A stretch of 64,000 nt of DNA from Candidatus Peregrinibacteria bacterium (lineage in GTDB: Bacteria; Patescibacteriota; Gracilibacteria; UBA1369). This document shows positions 20,054 through 28,933 of the stretch, in pieces. Location of the stretch: NCBI GenBank assembly GCA_963708185.1, contig OY970195.1:736001-800000 (forward strand), in the 5' to 3' direction. A model generated the notes under the pieces. That model made no database searches and was not told where the DNA came from. It saw only the letters and a program-made list of their open reading frames with translations. Made by a program: the position numbers and the translations under genes. The stretch's first letter is position 1, and each line of letters begins with the position of its first letter.

Positions 20054-21370
20054 ATGGCCTTAACGTATAACCTGAAGTACCGGAAGCTGAACTTTTTTCA
20101 AAAAGTTCTCTTGGAAAAAGAAGGTGAGATCGTCATCGACCGACAGTCTTTTCGGCTGAAAGGAAAAGGAGCTCACGACCAGGGGGAGGTCATTTACTTC
20201 AACGACATGAAAGAGATCGTCGTTGAGGGAGACGACCAGTTGAGATTTTCAACCTTCAAAAAGGAAAAATATGTTCTGTCGGAATTCTCGAACCTTTTTG
20301 AGTCTTTTCTCAAAGATTTTTGGCGCGTGCGCAACGAATTTCTCGCCGAGCAATTATTCATGAAAGTCGGCATGCTCTATAAAGAGTATGAGGGACACGT
20401 CGAGATCGTCACCAGGCAGGACAGGGTCATCCAGAAAGGAAAATCACGCATACAGTTTTACGAAGGAAGCGTCATCGTGATTCCCGAAATGAGCGAATGT
20501 TTCGCCATCCACTATAACTTTTTAAAAAGCCATGAGTTCGACGAGGACGAATACGTGCTGAAATTTTACATGGAAAACGGGACCAACATCCATATCTCGA
20601 AACTCGGGAGCTATTTTGGAGACGCACAGGAAAGTCTGGAGCTGCTTCTTGGCAAAATGTACCAGAAGATCATCAACCAGCTGCAGGAGATTTTCCCGGG
20701 TTTTCAAGCGGCGGATCTATTAAAGCTTGCCTACCTCGTGAGAGACAACAAAGGCGTATCGATGAGCGCTCTGAAAAAAATCCACGAGGACCTTCCGTTA
20801 AAAGTGAGTGAGATCGTTTTCTCCCAGAACCCCGTGATGAAAGCAAAAATCGATCTGCTCCGAGACATTGAATACCAGGACCAGCACTTTTTCATTGGAT
20901 TTTCTTTTCTCCAGAAAGCAGACAAAAAAGACATGCAGGTCAGATCGTGGTTCTGCCACGCCCTGCCCCAAAAAAATGTCATAGCGCTCGGCATCATTTC
21001 CCAACCGAACGATGCGACAGTCCATTTTTTCCGTATCGCCATCAATCCCGCCGAAAAAGAAGAGCGGTTGCCAGAAAGAATTTATGACATCAATTATTCC
21101 ATGTACATTCTACGGAATGATCTTGCACCTTTATATAAAGACAAACGGGAACTTCAAAAAGGAAAGTTCAAAACCGTCGTACGCAGACTTTCGGCTCTGC
21201 GTTCGTTGAGAAAAAATTATCTATGGAGGAACTTCGGTCCCGACGTTCAGTTTTTGCAAAGGGACTTGGAAACCGTCTTCAAGCGTGCGGCCCTGACGAT
21301 GCATTCGGGCCACCCTTCACAGAAATCCAAGGAAGAAATTCAGTCTGCCGCAGTCCCATCGGCGTCCTGA
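20054..21370 (+). CDS. Hypothetical cytoplasmic protein
   Basis: 438-aa uninterrupted ORF; no confidently recognised family. Confidence 0.7.
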   Translation: MALTYNLKYRKLNFFQKVLLEKEGEIVIDRQSFRLKGKGAHDQGEVIYFNDMKEIVVEGDDQLRFSTFKKEKYVLSEFSNLFESFLKDFWRVRNEFLAEQLFMKVGMLYKEYEGHVEIVTRQDRVIQKGKSRIQFYEGSVIVIPEMSECFAIHYNFLKSHEFDEDEYVLKFYMENGTNIHISKLGSYFGDAQESLELLLGKMYQKIINQLQEIFPGFQAADLLKLAYLVRDNKGVSMSALKKIHEDLPLKVSEIVFSQNPVMKAKIDLLRDIEYQDQHFFIGFSFLQKADKKDMQVRSWFCHALPQKNVIALGIISQPNDATVHFFRIAINPAEKEERLPERIYDINYSMYILRNDLAPLYKDKRELQKGKFKTVVRRLSALRSLRKNYLWRNFGPDVQFLQRDLETVFKRAALTMHSGHPSQKSKEEIQSAAVPSAS

Positions 21371-21474
21371 CCCCGGGCATCCGTTTTATCCAATGAAGAA
21401 GCCGACTTTTAAAGTTTTGCTTTTTTTATTTTTTTGCGTTTATAATAACAGTGTATCAACTAATTTTTCTCCAT

Positions 21475-21792
21475 ATGAGCGAAGTCGTATTTACCGACAA
21501 GAATTTTCAGGATGAGGTACTGAAAGCACAGGGACTTGTCATGGTTGATTTTTTTGCGACCTGGTGCGGCCCTTGTAAAATGATGGCCCCGGTTGTCGAA
21601 AAACTTTCCGAGGCTTACAAAGACAAAGTAAAAATCGGTAAACTTGACGTCGATGAAAATCCGGACACTTCCGGCAAGTATGAAATCCAAAGCATTCCAA
21701 CCACCATCTTTTTCAAGGACGGAGAGATGGTCGACAAATTGATCGGGTTCCAGAGTGAAGAGGCTTTGAAGAAAAAACTGGAAAGTCTCTAA
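21475..21792 (+). CDS. trxA: Thioredoxin
   Basis: WCGPC active site, IPT cis-Pro motif; ATG 21475. Confidence 0.96.
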   Translation: MSEVVFTDKNFQDEVLKAQGLVMVDFFATWCGPCKMMAPVVEKLSEAYKDKVKIGKLDVDENPDTSGKYEIQSIPTTIFFKDGEMVDKLIGFQSEEALKKKLESL

Positions 21793-22274
21793 AAGAGTTC
21801 CTGCTGATTATTTGGGGTCCTGCGTTCATGGGATGCGGGGCCTTTTTTGTGTGAGTTTTTTTGAGCGACGGTAGCTTCTTTTTGCGCGACCTTGTCGCAC
21901 TCGTTATTCCATTTGTTTTTATCGTGTCCTTTCACCCACACATAATCCACGTCGAGTTCCTCGTTCAATTCATCAAGCTCTTCCCACAAATCAAGATTGG
22001 CTTTTCTTTTCCACCCTTGCGTCAACGTTTGCACGACCAGACTCGAATCTGAATAGAGCGTTATTTCAGATTCATGAAACAACTTGTGATCAAGATAACG
22101 GAGCGCTTCGATCACCGCGGTCATTTCCATTCTGTTGTTGGTGGTATCGAGATCGTGTCCTTTCAAAATTTCAAAAGGTTCATCGGAATTTTTTTTCAAA
22201 AAAATTGCGGCCCAACCTCCTGGTCCCGGATTTCCCTTACAGCTGCCATCCGTGTAGATTTCAATTTGTTTCAT
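21789..22274 (-). CDS. rnhA: Ribonuclease HI
   Basis: YTDGSC, GNPGPGG, TNNRME, SDS, WVKGH, NECD catalytic motifs. Confidence 0.96.
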   Translation of the reverse strand: MKQIEIYTDGSCKGNPGPGGWAAIFLKKNSDEPFEILKGHDLDTTNNRMEMTAVIEALRYLDHKLFHESEITLYSDSSLVVQTLTQGWKRKANLDLWEELDELNEELDVDYVWVKGHDKNKWNNECDKVAQKEATVAQKNSHKKGPASHERRTPNNQQELF

Positions 22275-22341
22275 GTCATGATGTTAACACGACGGAAAAA
22301 AAATTTCACCGGATAAATCGTGCATGAAACAGACAATAAAC

Positions 22342-22370
22342 TTTACATTAAATACTTTTTTTGTTAGCAT
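22342..22370 (+). promoter_or_regulatory. sigma70-type promoter for the Lys-rich small ORF
   Basis: TTTACA-N17-TAGCAT. Confidence 0.55.
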
Positions 22371-22382
22371 TCGATCATAAAT

Positions 22383-22399
22383 AGGTTCACGGTGAACCT
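22383..22399. promoter_or_regulatory. Perfect palindrome, candidate operator or 5' hairpin
   Basis: AGGTTCAC-G-GTGAACCT. Confidence 0.5.
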
Positions 22400-22422
22400 C
22401 ATACATCTTAACTTTTTCTTCC

Positions 22423-22530
22423 ATGATGAAGAAGAAAAAAGCTGCTAAAAAGGTCAAAAAGGTAGCAAAAAAGACCAAAAAGGCAGCACCAAAGAAAAAG
22501 AAAAAAGCTGCAAAGAAGAAAAAAAGATAG
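22423..22530 (+). CDS. 35-aa Lys/Ala-rich histone H1-like microprotein
   Basis: MMKKKKAAKKVKKVAKKTKKAAPKKKKKAAKKKKR; mixed AAA/AAG codons; flanked by promoter and terminator; below ORF-track cutoff. Confidence 0.7.
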   Translation: MMKKKKAAKKVKKVAKKTKKAAPKKKKKAAKKKKR

Positions 22531-22555
22531 TTCTTTTTTCTTTTTTCAACTTTGG

Positions 22556-22585
22556 AAAGACTCCGCACTGCGGGGTCTTTTTTTT
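22556..22585 (+). terminator. Intrinsic terminator
   Basis: AAAGACTCCGC-ACT-GCGGGGTCTTT followed by T run. Confidence 0.8.
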
Positions 22586-22662
22586 ATTCCGGATTCATGA
22601 ACGATTTCATTGAACTCGCGATACGATTTTGCTAATGTTGGTGCGATCATTCTTGACCCGCC

Positions 22663-25218
22663 ATGGCTAAAAAAACTTCGAAGAAAAAAAAGCAGAAGAA
22701 AAAGCAGAAAAACCGGGAAAAGCAGCAACAAAAACAACAGTCAACGGCGGACGTCCAAAGAAAGAACAGTGGCGCCCCGGCTCAAAGTGATGCAAAAATT
22801 CAGGAAAAGAAATCTCCGAAAAATCTCGAGTTCAAAGGAAAGATCAAACTCGAAAAAAGTTCTCACACCTATTTTTCGGCGTTGCAAAGAAGATACGGGA
22901 AGCACATAAAAAAGGTCGAAGGTCCCGTAAAGAAAATTTTCAAGGTCGTGGCGATCCTGGTGATTCTGGCGGTGATTTTCGTCGTTTCACTTTTCCTGAC
23001 CTTTGGCCGTGATCTTCCTGACGTTTCGAAACTCAAGGATATGAACTTTGCCGAAACGACCCATATTTACGACCGCAACGGGCATGAACTCTACCGCATC
23101 TTCGGTGATGAAAACCGTGAGTACGTCAAACTTTCGGACATCAGTCCATACGCCATCCACGGAACAATCGCCATCGAAGATAAAAATTTTTACAGCCACT
23201 TTGGTTTTGACCCCGTGGGCATCATCAGGGCACAGCTGAAAAACATCCAGCAGGACAGCATCTCCCAGGGTGCCTCAACCATTACCCAACAGCTCGCCAG
23301 AAACGTTTTCCTTTCACCGGAAAGGACCTACGACCGTAAAATCAAAGAGATCCTGCTGTCGCTCGAAATCGAATGGAATTTCGACAAAGATCAAATCCTT
23401 GAAATGTATTTCAACAAGATTCCTTACGGTTCGAACGCTTTCGGCATCGAAGCCGCGGCCGAAACATTTTTCGGCGTTCACGCCAAAGATCTCAGTCTTG
23501 TCCAGGCGAGCGTCCTCGCCTCTCTCCCCAAGGCTCCTTCCTATTACTCCCCGTACGGTCCGAACGTTAAGGAGCTCACGGGCTACTGCAACGCGGATGC
23601 AGTGGATTCGACCCCTGATGAGATTTTCGGCACGATGGAGACTACTCAAGAAACGTATCAGGACAGCGCCCCCGCTCCAGCAAACTCCGACGCGGGAGGA
23701 CAGACCCAGCAAGCCGTCCATGCATCGTCAGCAACATGTTCGTCTCCCGATGATCCGAACTATGTATGGGGGCGAAAAGATTACGTTCTCCAGCGCATGG
23801 TCGAAGATGGATATATTACCAAAGATCAGCAACTTCAGGCCTGGAAAGAAGGCTCGACTCTGAAGTTCAGCGACCTGAAGCATACGATTGAAGATCCCCA
23901 CTTCGTTTTCTACGTCAAAGATTATCTCACCCAGAAATACGGCAAGGAGGTTGTTGAAAACGGAGGACTGCAGGTCATCACGACGCTTGATCCGAACATA
24001 CAAAAAATTGCCGGGGACGCCATAGCGAACCATACCGATTTGATGAGACGTTATGGTGCGGATAACGCCGGCATGGTGGCGCTCGATCCAAAAAACGGAC
24101 AGATTCTTGCGATGGTGGGCTCGAAGGACTACTGGGACGAGAGCATCGACGGACAGGTCAATGTGACGATCAGTCCTCGCCAGCCCGGATCTTCTTTCAA
24201 ACCCCTCGTATACGCCGCGGCGATCCAGAACGCCGGCATCGGTTCGGGAACCTACCTCGGCGATTACAAGACCATCTTCAACCAGCATGACACGCCCAGC
24301 GATTACGACGGGAAATTTCTGGGACACATCACGGTACGCCAGGCTCTGGGCGGCTCGAGAAACATCCCGGCCATCAAGGCATTTTACGTAGCCGGCGGTG
24401 AAGACAAAGTTCTGGATTTCGTGGAAAAACTCGGCATCACCAATCTGCGGCAGTTCCGCGACGAGTTCAACAAGAATGCTGACGAACGAGGATGGACGTT
24501 CTACTTCGGGTGGCCGATGGCGATCGGGAGCGGCGAGGTCCGGCTTCTTGATCTCACCAACGCCTACGCCACTTTTGCCAACCAGGGCAAATATAACCCC
24601 CCGAATCCGATCCTTGAAGTCCGCGACCGTAACGGCGTACTGCTCGAGTCTTTCCGGGACGCTGATGGCGGCAAGCAGGTCATTGACCCTGAAATCGCGT
24701 TTATCATCAACGACATGCTCAGCGACGTCTATGCGCGTCCCGCGGGTTCCTGGAGATGGTTGCTGACGATTCCCGGACAAAACCTCGCGGCAAAAACCGG
24801 CACCTCAAACAAAGTCGTGCGTGGTCGCGAGCTTCCCAACAACAACGTCACGGTCGGGTACACCCCGAGCATCGCGGCCGGTTTCTGGGTCGGAAACACC
24901 GACGGCAAGAGCCTTATCAACAGCGCGTACAGTCTGTATACCACCGATCCGATTTTCCACGAGTTCTTCGAGAATGTTCTCAAAGACAAACCGAAAGAAG
25001 ATTTCCCCAAACCGGACACTATCAAACAGATCGGGCATGAATACTTTCCGAGCTGGGGCGGACCTAAAGATTTTGAAAAAATGTTCAAGCGCGTCACCCA
25101 GCAACAGGCCCAGCCGATTCCGCTTCCCGACTTCCTGAGTAAGAGTCCGGCGGACGTCAAAGCCTACCAACAGACGCTCGACAAGGTCAATCAGCAGCAA
25201 CAGTTGGGCGGGTTCTAA
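22663..25218 (+). CDS. Class A penicillin-binding protein (transglycosylase-transpeptidase, PBP1A family)
   Basis: EDKNFYSHFG, GASTITQQL, RKIKE glycosyltransferase motifs; SSFK, SRN, KTGT transpeptidase motifs; single TM. Confidence 0.94.
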   Translation: MAKKTSKKKKQKKKQKNREKQQQKQQSTADVQRKNSGAPAQSDAKIQEKKSPKNLEFKGKIKLEKSSHTYFSALQRRYGKHIKKVEGPVKKIFKVVAILVILAVIFVVSLFLTFGRDLPDVSKLKDMNFAETTHIYDRNGHELYRIFGDENREYVKLSDISPYAIHGTIAIEDKNFYSHFGFDPVGIIRAQLKNIQQDSISQGASTITQQLARNVFLSPERTYDRKIKEILLSLEIEWNFDKDQILEMYFNKIPYGSNAFGIEAAAETFFGVHAKDLSLVQASVLASLPKAPSYYSPYGPNVKELTGYCNADAVDSTPDEIFGTMETTQETYQDSAPAPANSDAGGQTQQAVHASSATCSSPDDPNYVWGRKDYVLQRMVEDGYITKDQQLQAWKEGSTLKFSDLKHTIEDPHFVFYVKDYLTQKYGKEVVENGGLQVITTLDPNIQKIAGDAIANHTDLMRRYGADNAGMVALDPKNGQILAMVGSKDYWDESIDGQVNVTISPRQPGSSFKPLVYAAAIQNAGIGSGTYLGDYKTIFNQHDTPSDYDGKFLGHITVRQALGGSRNIPAIKAFYVAGGEDKVLDFVEKLGITNLRQFRDEFNKNADERGWTFYFGWPMAIGSGEVRLLDLTNAYATFANQGKYNPPNPILEVRDRNGVLLESFRDADGGKQVIDPEIAFIINDMLSDVYARPAGSWRWLLTIPGQNLAAKTGTSNKVVRGRELPNNNVTVGYTPSIAAGFWVGNTDGKSLINSAYSLYTTDPIFHEFFENVLKDKPKEDFPKPDTIKQIGHEYFPSWGGPKDFEKMFKRVTQQQAQPIPLPDFLSKSPADVKAYQQTLDKVNQQQQLGGF

Positions 25219-25547
25219 AGTTCTATCCCAAGCTCCTCGATGACTTCAAAATAGGCGTCTTCGTAACATCCGGGATTGAAACCTTTCGCCTTGGAAAGCT
25301 TCTGACGGAAGGTGTTCAACCCAAGCCTTCCTTTGGAGCACAGTTCGCAAATAATCTGAACCTTGTATTCGAATCGCAGTCTTGAAGGATCGTCGAAGGG
25401 ATGCCCGTTTTCAATTCCGGCTCTTTGGGCGTGGAGTTCGGTGATTTTCCGATGGATCTCGCTGTAGGATTCCTTGCGGGAGTTGATAAAAAGCGTCGGA
25501 TCATCCCCGGGGATGATACCGAAATTCCGGTCTTTCTTTTCAGGCAT
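25215..25547 (-). CDS. Hypothetical protein downstream of tRNA-Gly(CCC)
   Basis: 110-aa ORF from ATG 25547, preceded by TTGACA-N17-TAAATT. Confidence 0.55.
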   Translation of the reverse strand: MPEKKDRNFGIIPGDDPTLFINSRKESYSEIHRKITELHAQRAGIENGHPFDDPSRLRFEYKVQIICELCSKGRLGLNTFRQKLSKAKGFNPGCYEDAYFEVIEELGIEL

Positions 25548-25620
25548 AATCTTTGTAAAAGCTGCATGAAATTTAAACAAAAATCCTATATATGTCAAAT
25601 TTCTGTGGCGCACTGCGAAA

Positions 25621-25694
25621 TGGAGCGGTATACGGGAATCGAACCCGTGTTTCAGCCTTGGGAAGGCCGCGTTCTACCATTGAACCAATACCGC
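25621..25694 (-). tRNA. tRNA-Gly (anticodon CCC)
   Basis: Minus strand GCGGTAT...ATACCGC-TCCA acceptor, anticodon loop TTCCCAA, GGTTCGATTCC T-arm. Confidence 0.95.
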
Positions 25695-25731
25695 GTGGAC
25701 ATGGACCCGACTGGAAAGCGGGATAATTGTA

Positions 25732-26628
25732 TCACAACGCCCTGATAAGAAAACAGTAATGGGCGTTTTGTCGCGTAAAATCGGGAGGGATGGTCTGTCG
25801 CTGGATGTTGCGGACCGTACACGGCGACAATTTTTCTTTGCTCAGTCTGAAATCCTGTTTGTTGTTCGAAAAAAGAATGAAACCCTCCGGAGCAAGGACT
25901 TCCAGGGCATCGTTGATGAGCGCGGGGTGGTCCTTCTGCACCGAAAAACTTTGTCCCTTATTGCGTGAAAACGAGGGAGGGTCGATGATGATGATATCGA
26001 AAGCGAGTTCCTTTTTTTTGGCGTATCTGAAAAATTCCCGGGTGTCCATTTTATACACCCAGTTTTTTTGGGGAGACAGACCGTTGAGTTCAAGATTTTT
26101 CCTGATCCACTCGCAATAGGTTTTTGAAAGATCTACGCTGAAGGTCTTTTTCGCCCCGCCAGCAGCCGCATAGACGCTGAACGATCCGGTGTAGGCGAAG
26201 GTGTTCAAGACCGTTTTGTTTTTCGACTGATCGCCGATCCATTTGCGCGTTTCGCGATGATCGAGAAAAAGACCGGTATCAAGATAGTCGGACAGATTGC
26301 ACCAGAATTTGTGCCCGTACTCCCTGATGACCAACTGTTTGGACGGAGCTTCGGGAAGGTCGAGTTCGTTTTTGGTACGGTTTTTGTAGAAAAAATTTTT
26401 TACGGAGAGCTTTTGTCTTAAAACTGTTTCGATTTCATGCAATTGTTTCAGGGCGAAAGCTCCAAAAAGATGGACGACGGCGCTGTCCTTGTAAATGTCT
26501 ACGGCAATTGGCAGATCAGATTCGTCGACATCCAAAAGGCGGTACGCTTCCAAACCGGCGTGTTCAAGATATTTGTATCTTTTGCGACGGCAACTTTCGA
26601 TCTGTTCAGCGATCTTTGCTTGAGTCAT
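25732..26628 (-). CDS. SAM-dependent rRNA methyltransferase, RlmK/RlmI-like
   Basis: YLDTGLFLDHRETR, VLNTFAYTGSFS, VDLS, DPPSF. Confidence 0.88.
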   Translation of the reverse strand: MTQAKIAEQIESCRRKRYKYLEHAGLEAYRLLDVDESDLPIAVDIYKDSAVVHLFGAFALKQLHEIETVLRQKLSVKNFFYKNRTKNELDLPEAPSKQLVIREYGHKFWCNLSDYLDTGLFLDHRETRKWIGDQSKNKTVLNTFAYTGSFSVYAAAGGAKKTFSVDLSKTYCEWIRKNLELNGLSPQKNWVYKMDTREFFRYAKKKELAFDIIIIDPPSFSRNKGQSFSVQKDHPALINDALEVLAPEGFILFSNNKQDFRLSKEKLSPCTVRNIQRQTIPPDFTRQNAHYCFLIRAL

Positions 26629-26646
26629 GACTGTATGGATACACGC

Positions 26647-27006
26647 CTATTCTTCACCTTCGTAACGTTTTTCCATCGCCGAACTGTCCTTCCAGCTTCC
26701 GTCGATATCGCGGAACTTGATGGTGAGTTTGTAGGTGAATTCGTTCGGACTCCGGGCGTAGTGTTCCACCACCCTTCCGCTTTTTTCGCTCTCGGTTTTG
26801 GTCACTTTGTGCTCTTTGTCGAGGATCAGCATGAAATCCATGTTGTTTTTGGTAAATTCATGGGTTTCGCGAACACCGATCTCTTCCTCCTTGTTGGTTT
26901 TGTAGTCAAAGCGGAACAGCGGTTCCATGGTGACTTTATCGTCCTCGAGATCGTCGAGAAGGTTTGCTTTGATGTCGTCCCATTTGTCTTCGGAAAGAGT
27001 GATCAT
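26647..27006 (-). CDS. Acidic hypothetical protein
   Basis: 119-aa ORF co-oriented with the methyltransferase. Confidence 0.65.
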   Translation of the reverse strand: MITLSEDKWDDIKANLLDDLEDDKVTMEPLFRFDYKTNKEEEIGVRETHEFTKNNMDFMLILDKEHKVTKTESEKSGRVVEHYARSPNEFTYKLTIKFRDIDGSWKDSSAMEKRYEGEE

Positions 27007-27101
27007 GGCAGGTTGGTTAATCTTGTCTGAACTGTAACGAATCTTTGCTTTTTCTACAAATATTTTTGTGTTAAAGTCATGGCGCTTCCTAGCTTCAACC
27101 T

Positions 27102-28121
27102 ATGTTTTTTTCGGAAGAACAGCTCGCACGGGAAACCGATCGTCTGCATCAGAAACTGCAGTACGTGGGTTTTGGCAAGGCGCTTTGCCAGATGTTCGCG
27201 CCCCTGACGCTTGAAATCAACGCTTTGAAAAAAGAAAAAAACGCCGTCATCCTGGCGCATTCCTACCAGACCCCCGACATCCTCTACGGCATCGCGGATT
27301 ACCAGGGCGATTCCTATCAGCTGAGCAAGAACGCCCAGGAAACCGAGGCCGATACCATCGTGTTCTGCGGCGTAAAGTTCATGGCTGAAACCGCTAAAAT
27401 CCTCAACCCTTCCAAAACAGTGCTTTTGCCTTCGCCGGCGGCAGGATGTTCGCTCGCCGACGCTATAACGGCCGAAAACGTCCGCGCCCTGAAAGCGCAG
27501 CATCCGGGAGTCCCGGTCGTGACCTACGTCAACACTTCGGCCGAGGTCAAAGCCGAAGCTGATGCCTGCTGCACCTCCGCCAATGCCATCAAAATCATCG
27601 AAGGTTTTCCGGACGAAGAGATTATTTTCATCCCCGACAAGTACATGGTTCAAAATTTGCAGAAAATGACGAAGAAAAAACTTATCGGATGGGATGGATC
27701 GTGCATCGTCCACGAAGAGTTCAATCCTTCGAAAATCCGCCAGTTCAAACAAAAATACCCGGGGCTCAAAGTTCTTGCGCATACCGAGTGCGCTCCCGAC
27801 GTCATCGACGCTTCCGACTTTGCCGGAGGCACCAACGACATGATGCGCTACGTTGAAAAGAACGAAGCTCCTTCCTACATGCTCGTCACCGAGTGCGGGT
27901 TGAGCGACCGCATGCGCGCCGAATTCCCCCAAAAAGACTTTCTGGGGATGTGCGGTCTTTGTCCTTACATGAAGCAAAACACGCTTGCCTTGATTTTGCA
28001 GGCACTGAAAAATCCCACACCGGAGCAGATCATCGACCTCGACGAACGGGTGCGCAAAGGCGCCGAACGATCTCTTTTGAAAATGTTTGAGTTGAGCCAG
28101 AAGGTTCCCGTCCATACTTAG
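27102..28121 (+). CDS. nadA: Quinolinate synthase
   Basis: ILAHSYQ, GDSYQLS, FCGVKFMAETAK, AGCSLA, YVNTSA, GSCIVH, CPYMK with the three [4Fe-4S] Cys. Confidence 0.95.
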   Translation: MFFSEEQLARETDRLHQKLQYVGFGKALCQMFAPLTLEINALKKEKNAVILAHSYQTPDILYGIADYQGDSYQLSKNAQETEADTIVFCGVKFMAETAKILNPSKTVLLPSPAAGCSLADAITAENVRALKAQHPGVPVVTYVNTSAEVKAEADACCTSANAIKIIEGFPDEEIIFIPDKYMVQNLQKMTKKKLIGWDGSCIVHEEFNPSKIRQFKQKYPGLKVLAHTECAPDVIDASDFAGGTNDMMRYVEKNEAPSYMLVTECGLSDRMRAEFPQKDFLGMCGLCPYMKQNTLALILQALKNPTPEQIIDLDERVRKGAERSLLKMFELSQKVPVHT

Positions 28122-28135
28122 TTCATAAGCTTGCC

Positions 28136-28933
28136 ATGGCTCGCAGTTATCGATTTATCTTGAGGAATCCTCAATCAACCGCACTTCTCGACCGGGCTGA
28201 GGCCGGATTCCAACTGACGGAAGCTGGCGAGCCCGACATCGTTTTCCAACTGGTGAAAGTGTTACGGGTGAAAAACGGAGACGTCGTCACTTTGCTCCCC
28301 CAGGATCAGGTTCCTCCGTTCCGCGAATTCGATTTCGAAGTTGCTTCGTCCTCGAAAAAGTCCGTCGAACTTGTGCGGAAAGGTGTGCGCCAGAACGAAA
28401 ATGAACTCGGGTTTTCGCTCGATCTTTTGCTGTGCCTGCCCAATAAACCTGATAAGTTGGAGTTCATGGTTCAGAAAGCCGTTGAGATCGGCGTGAAGAA
28501 CATTACGCTTCTGGAAGGAGATTTTTCCCAGATGAAACATCAACTGCGCATGGAACGCCTCAAAAAAATCCTCCTGGAAGCGGCGGAACAGTCCGAAAGG
28601 GCCGTGGTTCCGGGGATTGTTGAAGAAGGCGGCCTTGCGAAATATTTGCTGAGCCTGGACGACGCAGGGCGCGGGCGAATCCGGGCGGCTCTAGAACGTC
28701 AGGGGGCAGTTGAAGTTGCAGAGCAAAAGTCTTCCGGAGGCAACCCTTTTGCCGGTGCCGATCGAAGCCGCGGCCTGGCTGTCTTGGTGGGACCGGAAGG
28801 CGGTTTCAGCGACGGTGAAAAAGCCCTTTTTCATAAGATCGGACTTCGCACTTTTTCGCTGGGCAAACGCATTCTCAGAATGGAAACCGCCGTTATTCTG
28901 GGCCTGGGCCTTGCCGCGCTTGCGGGTTCATGA
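28136..28933 (+). CDS. rsmE: 16S rRNA m3U1498 methyltransferase
   Basis: QKAVEIG, EAAEQSER, VGPEGGFS, SLGKRILRMETA. Confidence 0.93.
   Translation: MARSYRFILRNPQSTALLDRAEAGFQLTEAGEPDIVFQLVKVLRVKNGDVVTLLPQDQVPPFREFDFEVASSSKKSVELVRKGVRQNENELGFSLDLLLCLPNKPDKLEFMVQKAVEIGVKNITLLEGDFSQMKHQLRMERLKKILLEAAEQSERAVVPGIVEEGGLAKYLLSLDDAGRGRIRAALERQGAVEVAEQKSSGGNPFAGADRSRGLAVLVGPEGGFSDGEKALFHKIGLRTFSLGKRILRMETAVILGLGLAALAGS

Noticed and set aside
22284-22568. Phe-rich 94-aa minus-strand ORF
   Set aside because: Reverse complement of the Lys-rich sORF; promoter and terminator polarity favour the plus strand
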